DNA of 64,000 nt. It comes from Eledone cirrhosa (taxonomy: Eukaryota). The position numbers and the translations under genes are program-made. The DNA is taken from contig OZ024741.1 of NCBI GenBank assembly GCA_964016885.1, positions 200,446,001-200,510,000 on the forward strand, given 5' to 3'. The notes under the pieces are model-generated. The model was not told the DNA's origin. It worked only from the letters and a program-made list of their open reading frames with translations, and made no database searches. This document shows, in pieces, positions 1-10,629 of the stretch (the first letter of the stretch is position 1; each line of letters starts with the position of its first letter).

Positions 1-66
1 CATCATCATCATCATCATGATCATCATCACCACAATCACCACCACCACCACCACCACCACCAACAA

Positions 67-117
<51 letters not shown>

Positions 118-160
118 CACTATCATGATCATCAACACCACAATCACCACCACCACCACC

Positions 161-194
<34 letters not shown>

Positions 195-283
195 TCACTA
201 TCATGATCATCATCACCACAATCACCACCACCACCACCACCACCACCACCACCAACATCATCAACATCATCATCATCATCATT
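1..283. repeat. (CAT)n/(CAC)n compound trinucleotide microsatellite
   Basis: Directly visible CAT and CAC runs. Confidence 0.97.
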
Positions 284-527
284 TCGTTAACAAAAAAAAA
301 AAAGAGGTGCAAAATTATCGATCGGGCTGTTGATGAACACAAACTAATGTAGTATGCGTTTTCATGAATATTTTGCAGCAGTTCGCCAATGACCCCACCC
401 CTGCCCCACCCTCACGTCCCCCCCTTTCCGACGATAGCGTGGGATGGTTGGTTGGAAAAGGTAAGGAAGGTGTTCTTAGATGAAAGGAACAGTTGAAACT
501 TTCACCCCCCCCCCATACACACTCAGA

Positions 528-905
528 CACATATATACATATATACATATATACATATAGACATATATACGTACATGCATGCATGCATACATGCATACAT
601 ACGTACATACGTCTTGTATATACGTACATTCATACATACATAATTACATATATACATATATATATATATACATACATACATACATATATATATATACATA
701 CATACATACATACATATATATATATATACATTCATACATACTTACATACATACATAATTACATATATACGTACATATATATATATACATGCATATATATG
801 CATGCATGCATGCATACATACATACATACGTATATACGTACATTCATACATACATGTATACATACATACATACATATATACATTCATACATACATACATA
901 CATAA

Positions 906-956
<51 letters not shown>

Positions 957-1018
957 CATACATATATACATTCATACATACATACATACATATATACATA
1001 CATACATACATACATACA

Positions 1019-1052
<34 letters not shown>

Positions 1053-1106
1053 CATACATATATACATTCATACATACATACATACATATATACATACATA
1101 CATACA

Positions 1107-1140
<34 letters not shown>

Positions 1141-1151
1141 CATACATACAC
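528..1151. repeat. (TACA)n/(TA)n microsatellite
   Basis: Directly visible; produces the HTYI/MYVC pseudo-ORFs. Confidence 0.97.
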
Positions 1152-1219
1152 AATGAAAGTAATGTAGTAAATTGAAAACAAGAATTTGATCAAGAAGCCA
1201 GACGGTGAGTAAAAAGCAT

Positions 1220-3003
1220 TGGTGGTGTTGTTGTTGGTGGTGTTGGTGGTGGTGTTGTTGGTGGTGGTGGTGTTGGTGGTGGTGGTGGTGTTGGTGGTGG
1301 TGGTGGTGGTGTTGTTGGTGGTGGTGGTGTTGGTGGTGGTGGTGGTGTTGGTGGTGGTGGTGGTGGTGTTGTTGGTGGTGGTGGTGTTGGTGGTGGTGGT
1401 GGTGTTGGTGGTGTTGGTGGTGGTGTTGTTGGTGGTGGTGGTGTTGGTGGTGGTGGTGGTGTTGGTGGTGGTGGTGGTGGTGTTGTTGGTGGTGGTGGTG
1501 TTGGTGGTGGTGGTGGTGTTGGTGGTGTTGGTGGTGGTGTTGTTGGTGGTGGTGGTGTTGGTGGTGGTGGTGGTGTTGGTGGTGGTGGTGTTGGTGGTGG
1601 TGGTGGTGTTGGTGGTGGTGGTGGTGTTGGTGGTGGTGGTGGTGGTGTTGTTGGTGGTGGTGGTGTTGGTGGTGGTGGTGGTGTTGGTGGTGGTGGTGGT
1701 GGTGTTGTTGGTGGTGGTGGTGTTGGTGGTGGTGGTGGTGTTGGTGGTGTTGGTGGTGGTGTTGTTGGTGGTGGTGGTGTTGGTGGTGGTGGTGGTGTTG
1801 GTGGTGGTGGTGGTGGTGTTGGTGGTACAGGTGTTGTTGTTGGTGGTGGTGTTGGTGGTGGTGGTGGTGTTGTTGGTGGTGGTGGTGGTGTTGGTGGTAC
1901 AGTTGTTGTTGTTGGTGGTGGTGTTGGTGGTGGTGGTGGTGTTGTTGGTGGTGGTGGTGGTGTTGGTGGTACAGGTGTTGTTGTTGGTGGTGGTGTTGGT
2001 GGTGGTGGTGGTGTTGTTGTTGGTGGTGGTGGTGTTGGTGGTACAGGTGTTGTTGTTGGTGGTGGTGTTGGTGGTGGTGGTGTTGTTGGTGGTGGTGTTG
2101 GTGGTGGTGGTGGTGTTGTTGTTGGTGGTGGTGGTGGTGTTGTTGGTGGTGTTGGTGGTGGTGGTGGTGGTGTTGGTGGTGGTGGTGGTGTTGGTGGTGG
2201 TGTTGGTGGTGGTGGTGGTGGTGGTGATGATGGTGGAGGTGGTGGTGGTGATGGTGGTGTTGGTGGTAGTGGTGATGGTGGTGGTGTTGGTGGTGTTGGT
2301 GGTGGTGTTGGTGGTGGTGTTGGTGGTGGTGTTGGTGGTGGTGGTGGTGATGTGGTGGTGGTGGTGGTGTTGGTGGTGGTGGTGGTGTTGGTGGTGGTGG
2401 TGGTGTTGGTGGTGGTGGTGGTGGTACAGATGTTGTTGTTGTTGGTGGTGGTGGTGATGATGGTGGAAGTGGTGTTGGTGGTGGTGGTGGTGGTGGTGGT
2501 GTGGTGGTGGTACAGGTGTTGTTGTTGTTGTTGGTGTTGGTGGTGTTGGTGGTGGTGGTGATGTGGTGGTGGTACAGGTGTTGTTGTTTTTGGTGGTGGT
2601 GGTGATGAAGGTGGAGGTGGTGGTGGTGGTGGTGGTGGTGGTGGTGGTGGTGGTGGTGGTGATGGTGGTGGTGGTGGTGATATGGTGATGTTGTGGTGAT
2701 GTGGTGGTGATGTTGTTGGTGTTGGTGGTGGTGGTGGTGGTGGTGTTGGTGGTACGGGTGGTGTTGTTGCTGTTGGTGGTGGTGATGATGGTGGAGGTGG
2801 TGTTGGTGGTGGTGGTGATGTGGTGGTGATGTTGGTGATGTTGGTGGTGGTGGTGGTGGTGGTGGTGGTGATGTGGTGGTGATGTTGGTGGTGTTGGTGG
2901 TGGTGGTGATGGTGGTGCTACTGCTGATCATGATGGTGGTGGTGCTGTTGTGGTGGTTATGGTGATGTAGTGGAGGTGGTGATGAAGTGGTGTTGTTGTG
3001 GTG
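1220..3003. repeat. ~1.8 kb (GGT)n/(GTT)n compound trinucleotide array
   Basis: Continuous GGT/GTT triplets with recurring GGTACAG interruptions; decays toward the right end. Confidence 0.97.
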
Positions 3004-3137
3004 ATAGTTGTGACTGTCGAGGGGCATTAGAGAGAGATGCTGGTAAATGTGGTATAGATGCTTGTAGAGATGATTGTCACTGTAGCTTCAAACAGACACA
3101 TATAAGAAGTTTTCCCACCCGGCCAATTACTAATAGT

Positions 3138-3223
3138 TACCACCACCACCACCACCACCACCACCTCCCACACCACCACCACCACCTCCCACACCACACC
3201 ACCACCACCACCACCACTACCAA
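3138..3223. repeat. (CAC)n microsatellite
   Basis: Directly visible. Confidence 0.9.
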
Positions 3224-3550
3224 CTTTAACATCAATGCAAAATATTAAGAAAATTGTGCATGCACAAAAACAAACAAAAAACTCTTACTAATATTGATGT
3301 TGATTTGAAATAGAAAAAAAAAGATGTTTTTGAAGATATGTTTGGGTGAGAACTTCACCGCATTATGTTGTATTTACACAACGCATACACTCTGTTGCTT
3401 AACTTCCCTTGTTATCTAAAAGGAAAATTTCTTTACCACCCGCGGCCACAACCGTAATAAGTAGGCACCAGGGGTGTTATGCCGAGGTGCGGTTTCGATT
3501 TTTAGTTGAAACCATTTCATTCAGGTAGCTAATATCCTTTAAAAAGGCAG

Positions 3551-3730
3551 GGTGGTGGATTGGCAGAATCGTTAGAGCATCAAATAAGATAATGTGCAGT
3601 ATGTTTTCTAATTCTTTTCGGTCAAATTCCACCTTAGTTGACTTTCACTTTCAGCCTTCGATAAAATAAAGCACTGGAGTTGATATAAACAACTTACCCA
3701 CCAAACCATTGGCCTAAATTTGAAAAGGGA
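3551..3730 (+). mobile_element. Old, diverged copy of the main SINE family
   Basis: ggtggattggcagaatcgttagag head and gttgactttcactttcagccttcgataaaataaag core resemble the younger copies at 17148 and 30505. Confidence 0.6.
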
Positions 3731-4068
3731 GATCGAATTGTTAGGGCGTCGGATAAAATGCCATTGTGGTATTATTATTTCTTCTTCTTCTTCTTCTTCT
3801 TCTTCTTGTTCTTCTTCTTCTGTTGTTGCTGTTGTTATCATTATTATTATTGGTCGTTGAAGCGAATGGACGTACTATCGTGAGCACGAGTATGTTTGTT
3901 ATTTTAATGTGTATAAATCCTTTTGTTATTAATATTTTTGTTTTAAAAGGGGCATAAAACTTTAGTCTTTGCCTTCAAGAAAGGACTCAACATAATATTT
4001 GGGCCTTTTTTACCCAAATATTTAACCTTAAAAAAGATTTAAAAAGATTTTTTATCGAGAAAAAAAAC

Positions 4069-5844
4069 ATGGCGGAGCCACGCCGCCCAACTTTGAGTTT
4101 GCTGTCGTGCGACAGCCGCTTAAATGTTGAGACGAATAACACTGCTCCTCCCACAACAACTTTGAAATGTATCACTACATTAGGCAATATCGCCAACACC
4201 AGCACCAAAAGCAACACCAACAACACTAATATGAACAAAAATGACAACACCAACAACAGCGACAACAGTAAAAACACAGTCTTGAACAAGAACGACAACA
4301 GCATCAGCAAGAACGACAGCAATACCAACAACAACTGCAATAATGACAACAACACCAACAACACCAACAACAGCAGCAAGAAAGACAACAACAACAACAA
4401 CAACAAGAGCAACAGTGAGGGCAGCAACAAACAACAGCACATTCGTGGCGGCGGCTGCAAAAACAAAAATACCTTTTAACGTTGATATCACAGATAAGGA
4501 GCAACAGCTGGCCCAGGCATGGAAATTAATTAAACGCGAAAAATCCTGGGCCAACCTAACCATCCCGGACGAAGACATAGCGGTAATGCAGAGGAGGACT
4601 TTCCATTTTCGATGTATTTCAGCGCAGACTCGCAAGGCGGAACTCGCCAGCCAGGTAGAAGTCGAGACTGCATTGAAATACATCAAAGATGACATTGAAT
4701 ACAAAGCAGAGGCCAGACAGTTCAGCATCATCTCGGTGGTGTTCAAAGCCGAGGCCCTTGCTATTCAGCACTCCGTGGTCCCCTGCAGAACGGAACGCTT
4801 CATTATGTACCTGTCCTACATGGGCAAAAGAACAGTGAAGGTCCTGATTCCCAGGATCCCATCAGGACTGAACCTATGGTGGCTCCTGGGATGCATGGTC
4901 AAGGACGGTACCGGCAGTACTCTCATAGATGTTAGAAAGACTGAGAGAGAAGACTGGTCCGGGATGGATATGGAGATTCTTCTCCAAACCAAACCAAACC
5001 AAACCAGAAAAGTTAAATAATCATGTCCGCCTGCAGGACGGGTCAACAATTCAGTTGATTACTGAGGGAAGAAGGTCGCACTGCTTCGTCTGCGGCGAAA
5101 CAACGTATCTGCGAGCCTTCTGCCCTCAGCTCAAAAATGCAGGGGGCCGCAAACCTCCTTTGCTTCCAACGCCAGTGTCAGTTAGAGCACATAACGCTCA
5201 TCTTCCAGTACTGAAGATGAGGAAAACCCACATACCCCCAAAACAAAACAAAAAAAGACAACACACAAAGAATGAGCCCCCACAAAGCACAAACACATCC
5301 ACAACAAAAAAAAATGCAGACACCACCCACGCAAACACTTCCCCAACAACGCCAACACCTCTATCACCATCACCACAATCCCCCAAACGCAAACAACCTA
5401 AACAGACACAAGAACAAATAAACACACAGACCTGAAATTGCAGACATCACACCCACAACAAAGACACACCCGAAACAACACCAACAAAACCATCACCACC
5501 ACAGTCACCCAAACGCAAACAAATAAAACCGCACCAACAAAAAAAAAAACTTCGTGGGTGTCAGAAGGGCAAAGGATAAATTGATGGCCCTCGTAGCACG
5601 AAGTGAAGAAATTCAAACAGAGAAGGAGATTTTTGAATCGAGCACATTTCGCGTGCCAGAGGATTTGTTTCTGGTACGAATGTCATTCGGTTCCTACAAA
5701 AGAATTCGAGAGAGCTTTCCTCGGGACATAGGAACCCCGAACGTAAAACCCACATCCAGATTTTTAAAGGGGTTCCCAAAAGAAACCCCACCAACTATAG
5801 AGGTTGAACCTTCCGACCTCCACAAGGCTCCGGGAGGTAAGTAA
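4069..5844 (+). pseudogene. Tx1 ORF1 (type A), frameshifted
   Basis: Asn/Thr-rich N-terminus, knuckle CFVCGETTYLRAFC (CX2CX4HX4C variant), C-terminal domain ending GGK*. Split over ORFs 4069, 4343, 4929 and 5554. Confidence 0.85.
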
Positions 5845-5873
5845 ACCTTTCCTCTCTTCTTTAGCCTACCAAC

Positions 5874-8800
5874 ATGGCCATATTAAGAGTAGGAGGATTA
5901 AATTTTCGCAGTGTGGGGTCACTCTGGAAGCAAGGTTGCCTGCTCAACGACCTCAGGTAACTAGAAATGGATGAAATTGCCGTCAGCGAGACCAGGATTT
6001 CCGAAACGCACGCACTAACCCCCATTTTCGACGACTATCAGATCTTCTCATCTGTTATTCGGCCGGAAATGGGAGATGGGTGGATGTGCTGTTTAGGAAA
6101 GGCCTGGATCTCGAGGTAAGGTCGATCTTCCCGGACCTGGACGATTAGTTGGTGGGCCTGGACATGAACAATAGCGAAGGTGGTGCCTTTAGACTGGTGG
6201 CTGTCTACGCCCCAACCGGGGCAGAACGGCTGGACTTCTTTAGACGCCTGGAAGACTTTTTGGGTACGTCTCGCCCTTTACTGTGAGCGGGAGACTGGAA
6301 CGGCATCTTAGACGCACGCTGGGATTGTGTGGGAGTAGCCAATAGGAGTGGGAGGTGCAAAAGCCTCAAGTATCAGATCAGGCAGTTCCAACTGTCTGAC
6401 AGGTACCGACTAGATTGTCCTAATGCACCAGTGTGGACCTGGATCAACCACATGGGTCATCTAGATCGTATATAGACAGGATTCTCATTAGGAAAATAGA
6501 TAGAAATAGTGTAGGCTGTCCACTTTTTTAAAGGGTCGTCTATTCAGATCACAAGTTTGTGATCTGTATGGTCAACCTAAAAAAGACGCGTGGGTTAGGA
6601 GCTGGTTACTGAAAGCTGAATATGTCGTTTCCTGCACATAAGGCTTATAGGGACCAGGTCAACAATTTAGTTAAGCAAAATTTGACGGGGGTAGGGGTTC
6701 GTCAACAACAACAGGTGGTGGTGGTGGTGGGGGTTCTCAAAAGGGAGAGAGTAATGTCGATAGGGTTTAGCAAAGAAATAGCGTTAGAGAAAAATAGAAA
6801 GGAGGGGGTGTTGGTAGCTAAATTAGACGAGGCTATTTTTAGTGGCATTGCAACTGACGTGCTAGCGGCGAGAATGTTATTAGATAATTTTTTAATGCGA
6901 AACACGAAGGTTGCATTGTCAGAGCTAAGGCGCGTGCTCTGAGAAACGAGGGAACGAAAACTGTTCGATTGACATGTGTGACAGAGGCGCAGTGTGGTAA
7001 TAAAATCGCAATTCGGTCTTTGGCGAACCGAGACGGACCCGAGATAAGCGATTCCAAGCAGGTGTGTGTGGTCTTTCGCCAGCACTTTGCTCGGTTGTTC
7101 GAGGGGAGTCAGAGATGGTAGCGGATTTCAGTCCCTACCTCGACGGCTTACCGTGTCTCTCGTCGGCCGACGCTAAACGCTGCAATAGGCCGATAATTCA
7201 GGATGCCCTTGTCGGCTACACGAGGCGCAAGTCACCCTGTTTGGTTGGTCTGCCCTACACGCTTTACGTAAATATGCCAGACTTGTTCTCCAATCTGCTC
7301 GAAGCGCTCTACTGCAACTGGCAGCAGAACGTTTCTGTGAACCGGGGCCTAGTGAGGCTGACAAGGAAAGACGAGAACAAAAGGGACACATTAGGTCAGT
7401 GTTTCTCAAACTATCTGATGTGGCGGACCGGCATTTTTTTTCTCAATGTGCCACGTACCGCTAATATTTCGTAGTAATATTAATTTATACCGGAAACGAT
7501 ATATATAATGAATATAATAAAAGTTGACTATTTTTTTTATCTTCTATTTATTTTGTAAACAAATAATACAATATCAAAACATATAAAAAAGTAATAAGAA
7601 AAATTAACAAGCAGTTTATTAACACAAAAATAAAAATTATATAACCTTAATCTTTACTAGTGTGAAAGGTGAGCCTGCTTCTTCTTTGTCAGTTTATCCA
7701 GTCGTGGTTCAATTGAGGACAGTGCCACGCGCAATGGAGAATGAATATCCATATTATTCCTGTACTTTATCTTAATAACACTCATGTGAATGAGGGAATA
7801 CCACGTAAATAATGTTTTGTTACTGGTAAGAATTAATCAGGCTATTTTAAGCGTGAGAAAACAGTTACATTAAGGGAAGAAATAATTTATTTGGGGATAC
7901 GGGCCGAAGTAAAGGGAGCATGGTTTTGAAGGGAGACTAAAGTATCATTCGGCGGCATTACAATATCACAAATATACTACATTTACTTACATAATCTCTA
8001 CTACAGCCGGTAAGTACCACGCGTCACCACCGGCCAACTGATAAGTTGTTTACTTACTGCAGTAGGTCGTTTAGTCACCGAAACTGATGCTGCACGGTCC
8101 ATTTTCTGTTATTTGACTTTCTTTCTTCATAGAAAATTATGATATATTATCAACTTATATTTTTACTATTAGGTTAATTTACCTATTATTGTCATATAAT
8201 TTTCACCTCCAGTTTTCATTGCATAAGGACAAATTACTGAAACTAGCAGTCACAGCCTAAAATTTCCTTGAAATTCCTTAGATTCTCACCAATTCCTCAA
8301 ATGATTCCTTAGCATGGCCTGGACACTGGCCGCGTACCGGTAGCCGATGGCTCGCGTACCGGCACCGGTCCGCGGACCACCACTTTGAGTAGCACTGCAT
8401 TAGATAACTTCAGGCTCATAACTATGCTCAACACAGAGTTTAAGATTTTGGCCAAGGTGTTAGCGCAGAAATTGTTGCTTGTCGTCGAGGATTTGGTTGG
8501 GGAGGCGTAAACTTACACAATTCCAACCAGGTCCATACACGACAACCTCCACCTCATGCGATACATCATAGAGAGGGTAGGGTGTAAACCTGGCTTCAGT
8601 GGGGCTCTGATCAATTCAGATGAATCGAAAGCATTCGATAGGGTCGACCATCGATACCTAGAGGCTGTCCTCAAGGCAGATGGCTTCAGTCCCGACTTCA
8701 GAAGCTAGATCGCTGCAATGCACAGTGACATATGCTCAGAGGTCAAAGTTAATGGCCACCTTTCGGAACCGATTCAGATCTCCCGATCGGTCCGTCAGGT

Positions 8801-9701
8801 ATGCCCTCTCTCCTCCTTTCTGTACGTATTGACTCTCGAGCCTCTACTGTGGAAGATGGAACTAATGCAGGGCATCCTGTTAGAACCGGGACGCGGAAAG
8901 GCTCTGTTAGCTTATGCGGAAATCTAGGTTGTCTGCACTTTATTCGAGGAATATGAAAGGTTGACGGGAACGAAACTTAACCCGGAAAAGTCGGTGGGCT
9001 TGCAGCTCGGCACCTGGAGAGGCAAGTCCATGCCGTCCAACAGCGTCACTGGACGGACGCGTCGGTAAAGTTGCTCGGAATTTGGTTCGGACCAAACCTC
9101 CAGGTAGATAAGAATAGGGACGAGGTGACGATCAGGGTAGCCACTCTCACCCAGAAATGCGCTGCGAGGAAGCTATCACTGAAAGGTCAGTTTGGGGTGG
9201 CGAATGCGTTCATCGCGTCCATGATATCGCTTGGAAGTGCTATCGAAGGGCACTGCCGGTTTGAGATAAACTCTACAGGCACGGAAGTGCTGTCAGACGG
9301 ACCTGCTCGAAATGTGCGCAGAGTGACGAAACCGTTCTGCACGCACTCGTCCAGTGTCCGTGCATTACTGACTTGTGGAGTTATGTCGAACAGCTGTTGT
9401 CGCGTGTAGAACGGCTATCGGCTGAGTCCATAGTGAACATCGACCCGCCACCTTCTTTTGGCCAGGAAGAGCAGGCAATTTTCCTCTCTCTGGTGGCAGT
9501 AGCGAAAGAGGTTGAATGATGGACCGGGTCGCAAGGACTAAAGACAGACACTTTTCCCTTCGACCAATCCCTCATCAAATTTTTCAAATTTCACTTGGAA
9601 AGGAATGTGAGGGTGGAGAGAGAAGTGCTGACCCCAGCAGTACACTTTTTAAAAGGTGGGTGAATGTGGCGAGAATGGCCCGTGTGATCGTGGGCCTGTA
9701 G
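5874..9701 (+). pseudogene. Tx1 ORF2 (APE endonuclease + reverse transcriptase), disrupted
   Basis: APE remnants (GDWN, SDHK) and RT motifs (KAFDRVDH, SVRQ.CPLS); many stops and deletions; hAT insertion at 7397-8397. Confidence 0.88.
7397..8397 (-). mobile_element. hAT (Buster/Charlie-type) internal-deletion derivative, 1001 bp
   Basis: Imperfect TIRs CAGTGTTTCTCAAA / TTTGAGTAGCACTG. 8-bp TSD cattaggt/cattagat with central TA. Minus strand 7785-7657 reads SVIKIKYRNNMDIHSPLRVALSSIEPRLDKLTKKKQAHLSH*, a typical Buster transposase C-terminus. Confidence 0.93.
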
Positions 9702-9968
9702 GCTGGTGAATATGAGAAGGCGAGGGGTACCCTTCCCGGGTGCTCTCGAAGACGGGGGGTTTAGGATTGGTGTGGTACATGAGTTGACCCTGGGGGATTA
9801 TACCCCCCACCCCGCATTGGGGAATTTTCATTGTTGTATTTCTCTTGCTATTTTGTTATTGTTAGTTATATTTTTTACACGTTGTATATGTAACCCCCAG
9901 TGTCCCTGTCTATTGTATTGTCCCCTATATGTTGGCCCTTGTGGCCAATAAAGGAAACCATTATTATT

Positions 9969-10152
9969 ATTGGCAGTATCGGTAGAGGGTTGGACGCCAT
10001 GCTTTCTATCATAGTTACGTCCCTTTAGGGTCTGAGTTCAAATCCCGCCGAGGTTAACTTTGCCTTTCATCCTTACGGGGTCAATAAAATAAAGTACCAG
10101 TAATGCACTGGGTAATTGCTGGCTTTGTGCCAAAAGTAGAAACAATTATTAC
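9969..10152 (+). mobile_element. tRNA-head SINE, main family
   Basis: A-box-like TGGCAGTATCGG, B-box GAGTTCAAATCC, core ctttgcctttcatccttacggggtc.ataaaataaagtaccag (resembles the Meta/MESC-type SINE domain, from memory), tail gtgccaaaagtagaaacaattatt. Confidence 0.88.
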
Positions 10153-10430
10153 TAGCAGAAAAACCACCGTTCGGGTGGTTTTCTGTTAGCATGTGTAGTG
10201 TGTATATTGATATTATACGCAGGTATATATACATGTAGATATGATAAATCAAATAAAATCGTAATTGACAATATATAATACATAGAAATTGAAAGAAGAC
10301 TTATGTAATCATTTCAGAAATTTTAAAGAAGTGAATCTTTAAATAAACAAAATATCTTTAAATAAACAAAATTGAACAACCACGAAATTTAGTAGATAAA
10401 TTATGTAATATTCATTCATTATTTATTCAA

Positions 10431-10523
10431 GGTTAACTTTGCCTTTCATCCTTACGGGGTCGATAAAATAAAGTACCAGTAATACACTGGGTAATTGCTG
10501 GCCTTGTGCCAAAAGTAGAAACA
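10431..10523 (+). mobile_element. 5'-truncated SINE with 13-bp TSD
   Basis: TSD attatttattcaa at 10418-10430 and 10524-10536. Confidence 0.88.
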
Positions 10524-10629
10524 ATTATTTATTCAAAGTAATCCAACTTATTTTACAAACTGGCTAAAAAAACAACAAAACCGTACGCAATCCCGCAGAC
10601 CTTCCTTTATTATAGTTTAGATTATTATT

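Larger units (their letters stand above)
3852..9959 (+). mobile_element. Tx1-clade non-LTR retrotransposon copy 1, full-length but degenerate; contains a hAT insertion
   Basis: (ATT)n on both sides; ORF1 and ORF2 remnants; 3' end ggcccttgtggccaataaaggaaacc followed by (att)4. Confidence 0.92.

Noticed and set aside
493-1167. HTYI/MYVC-repeat ORFs here and at 30.7, 41.6, 43.1-43.7 and 54.5 kb
   Set aside because: Translations of TACA, CA and TA microsatellites.
844-3027. 727-aa His/Gln-rich ORF and the overlapping poly-Val and poly-Trp ORFs
   Set aside because: Stop-free simply because CAC/CAA triplet repeats lack stop codons; no domain, start context or splice evidence.
10151-10190. Short hairpin gcagaaaaaccacc/ggtggttttctgt
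   Set aside because: A single occurrence with no matching second terminus; it cannot be assigned to an element or function.
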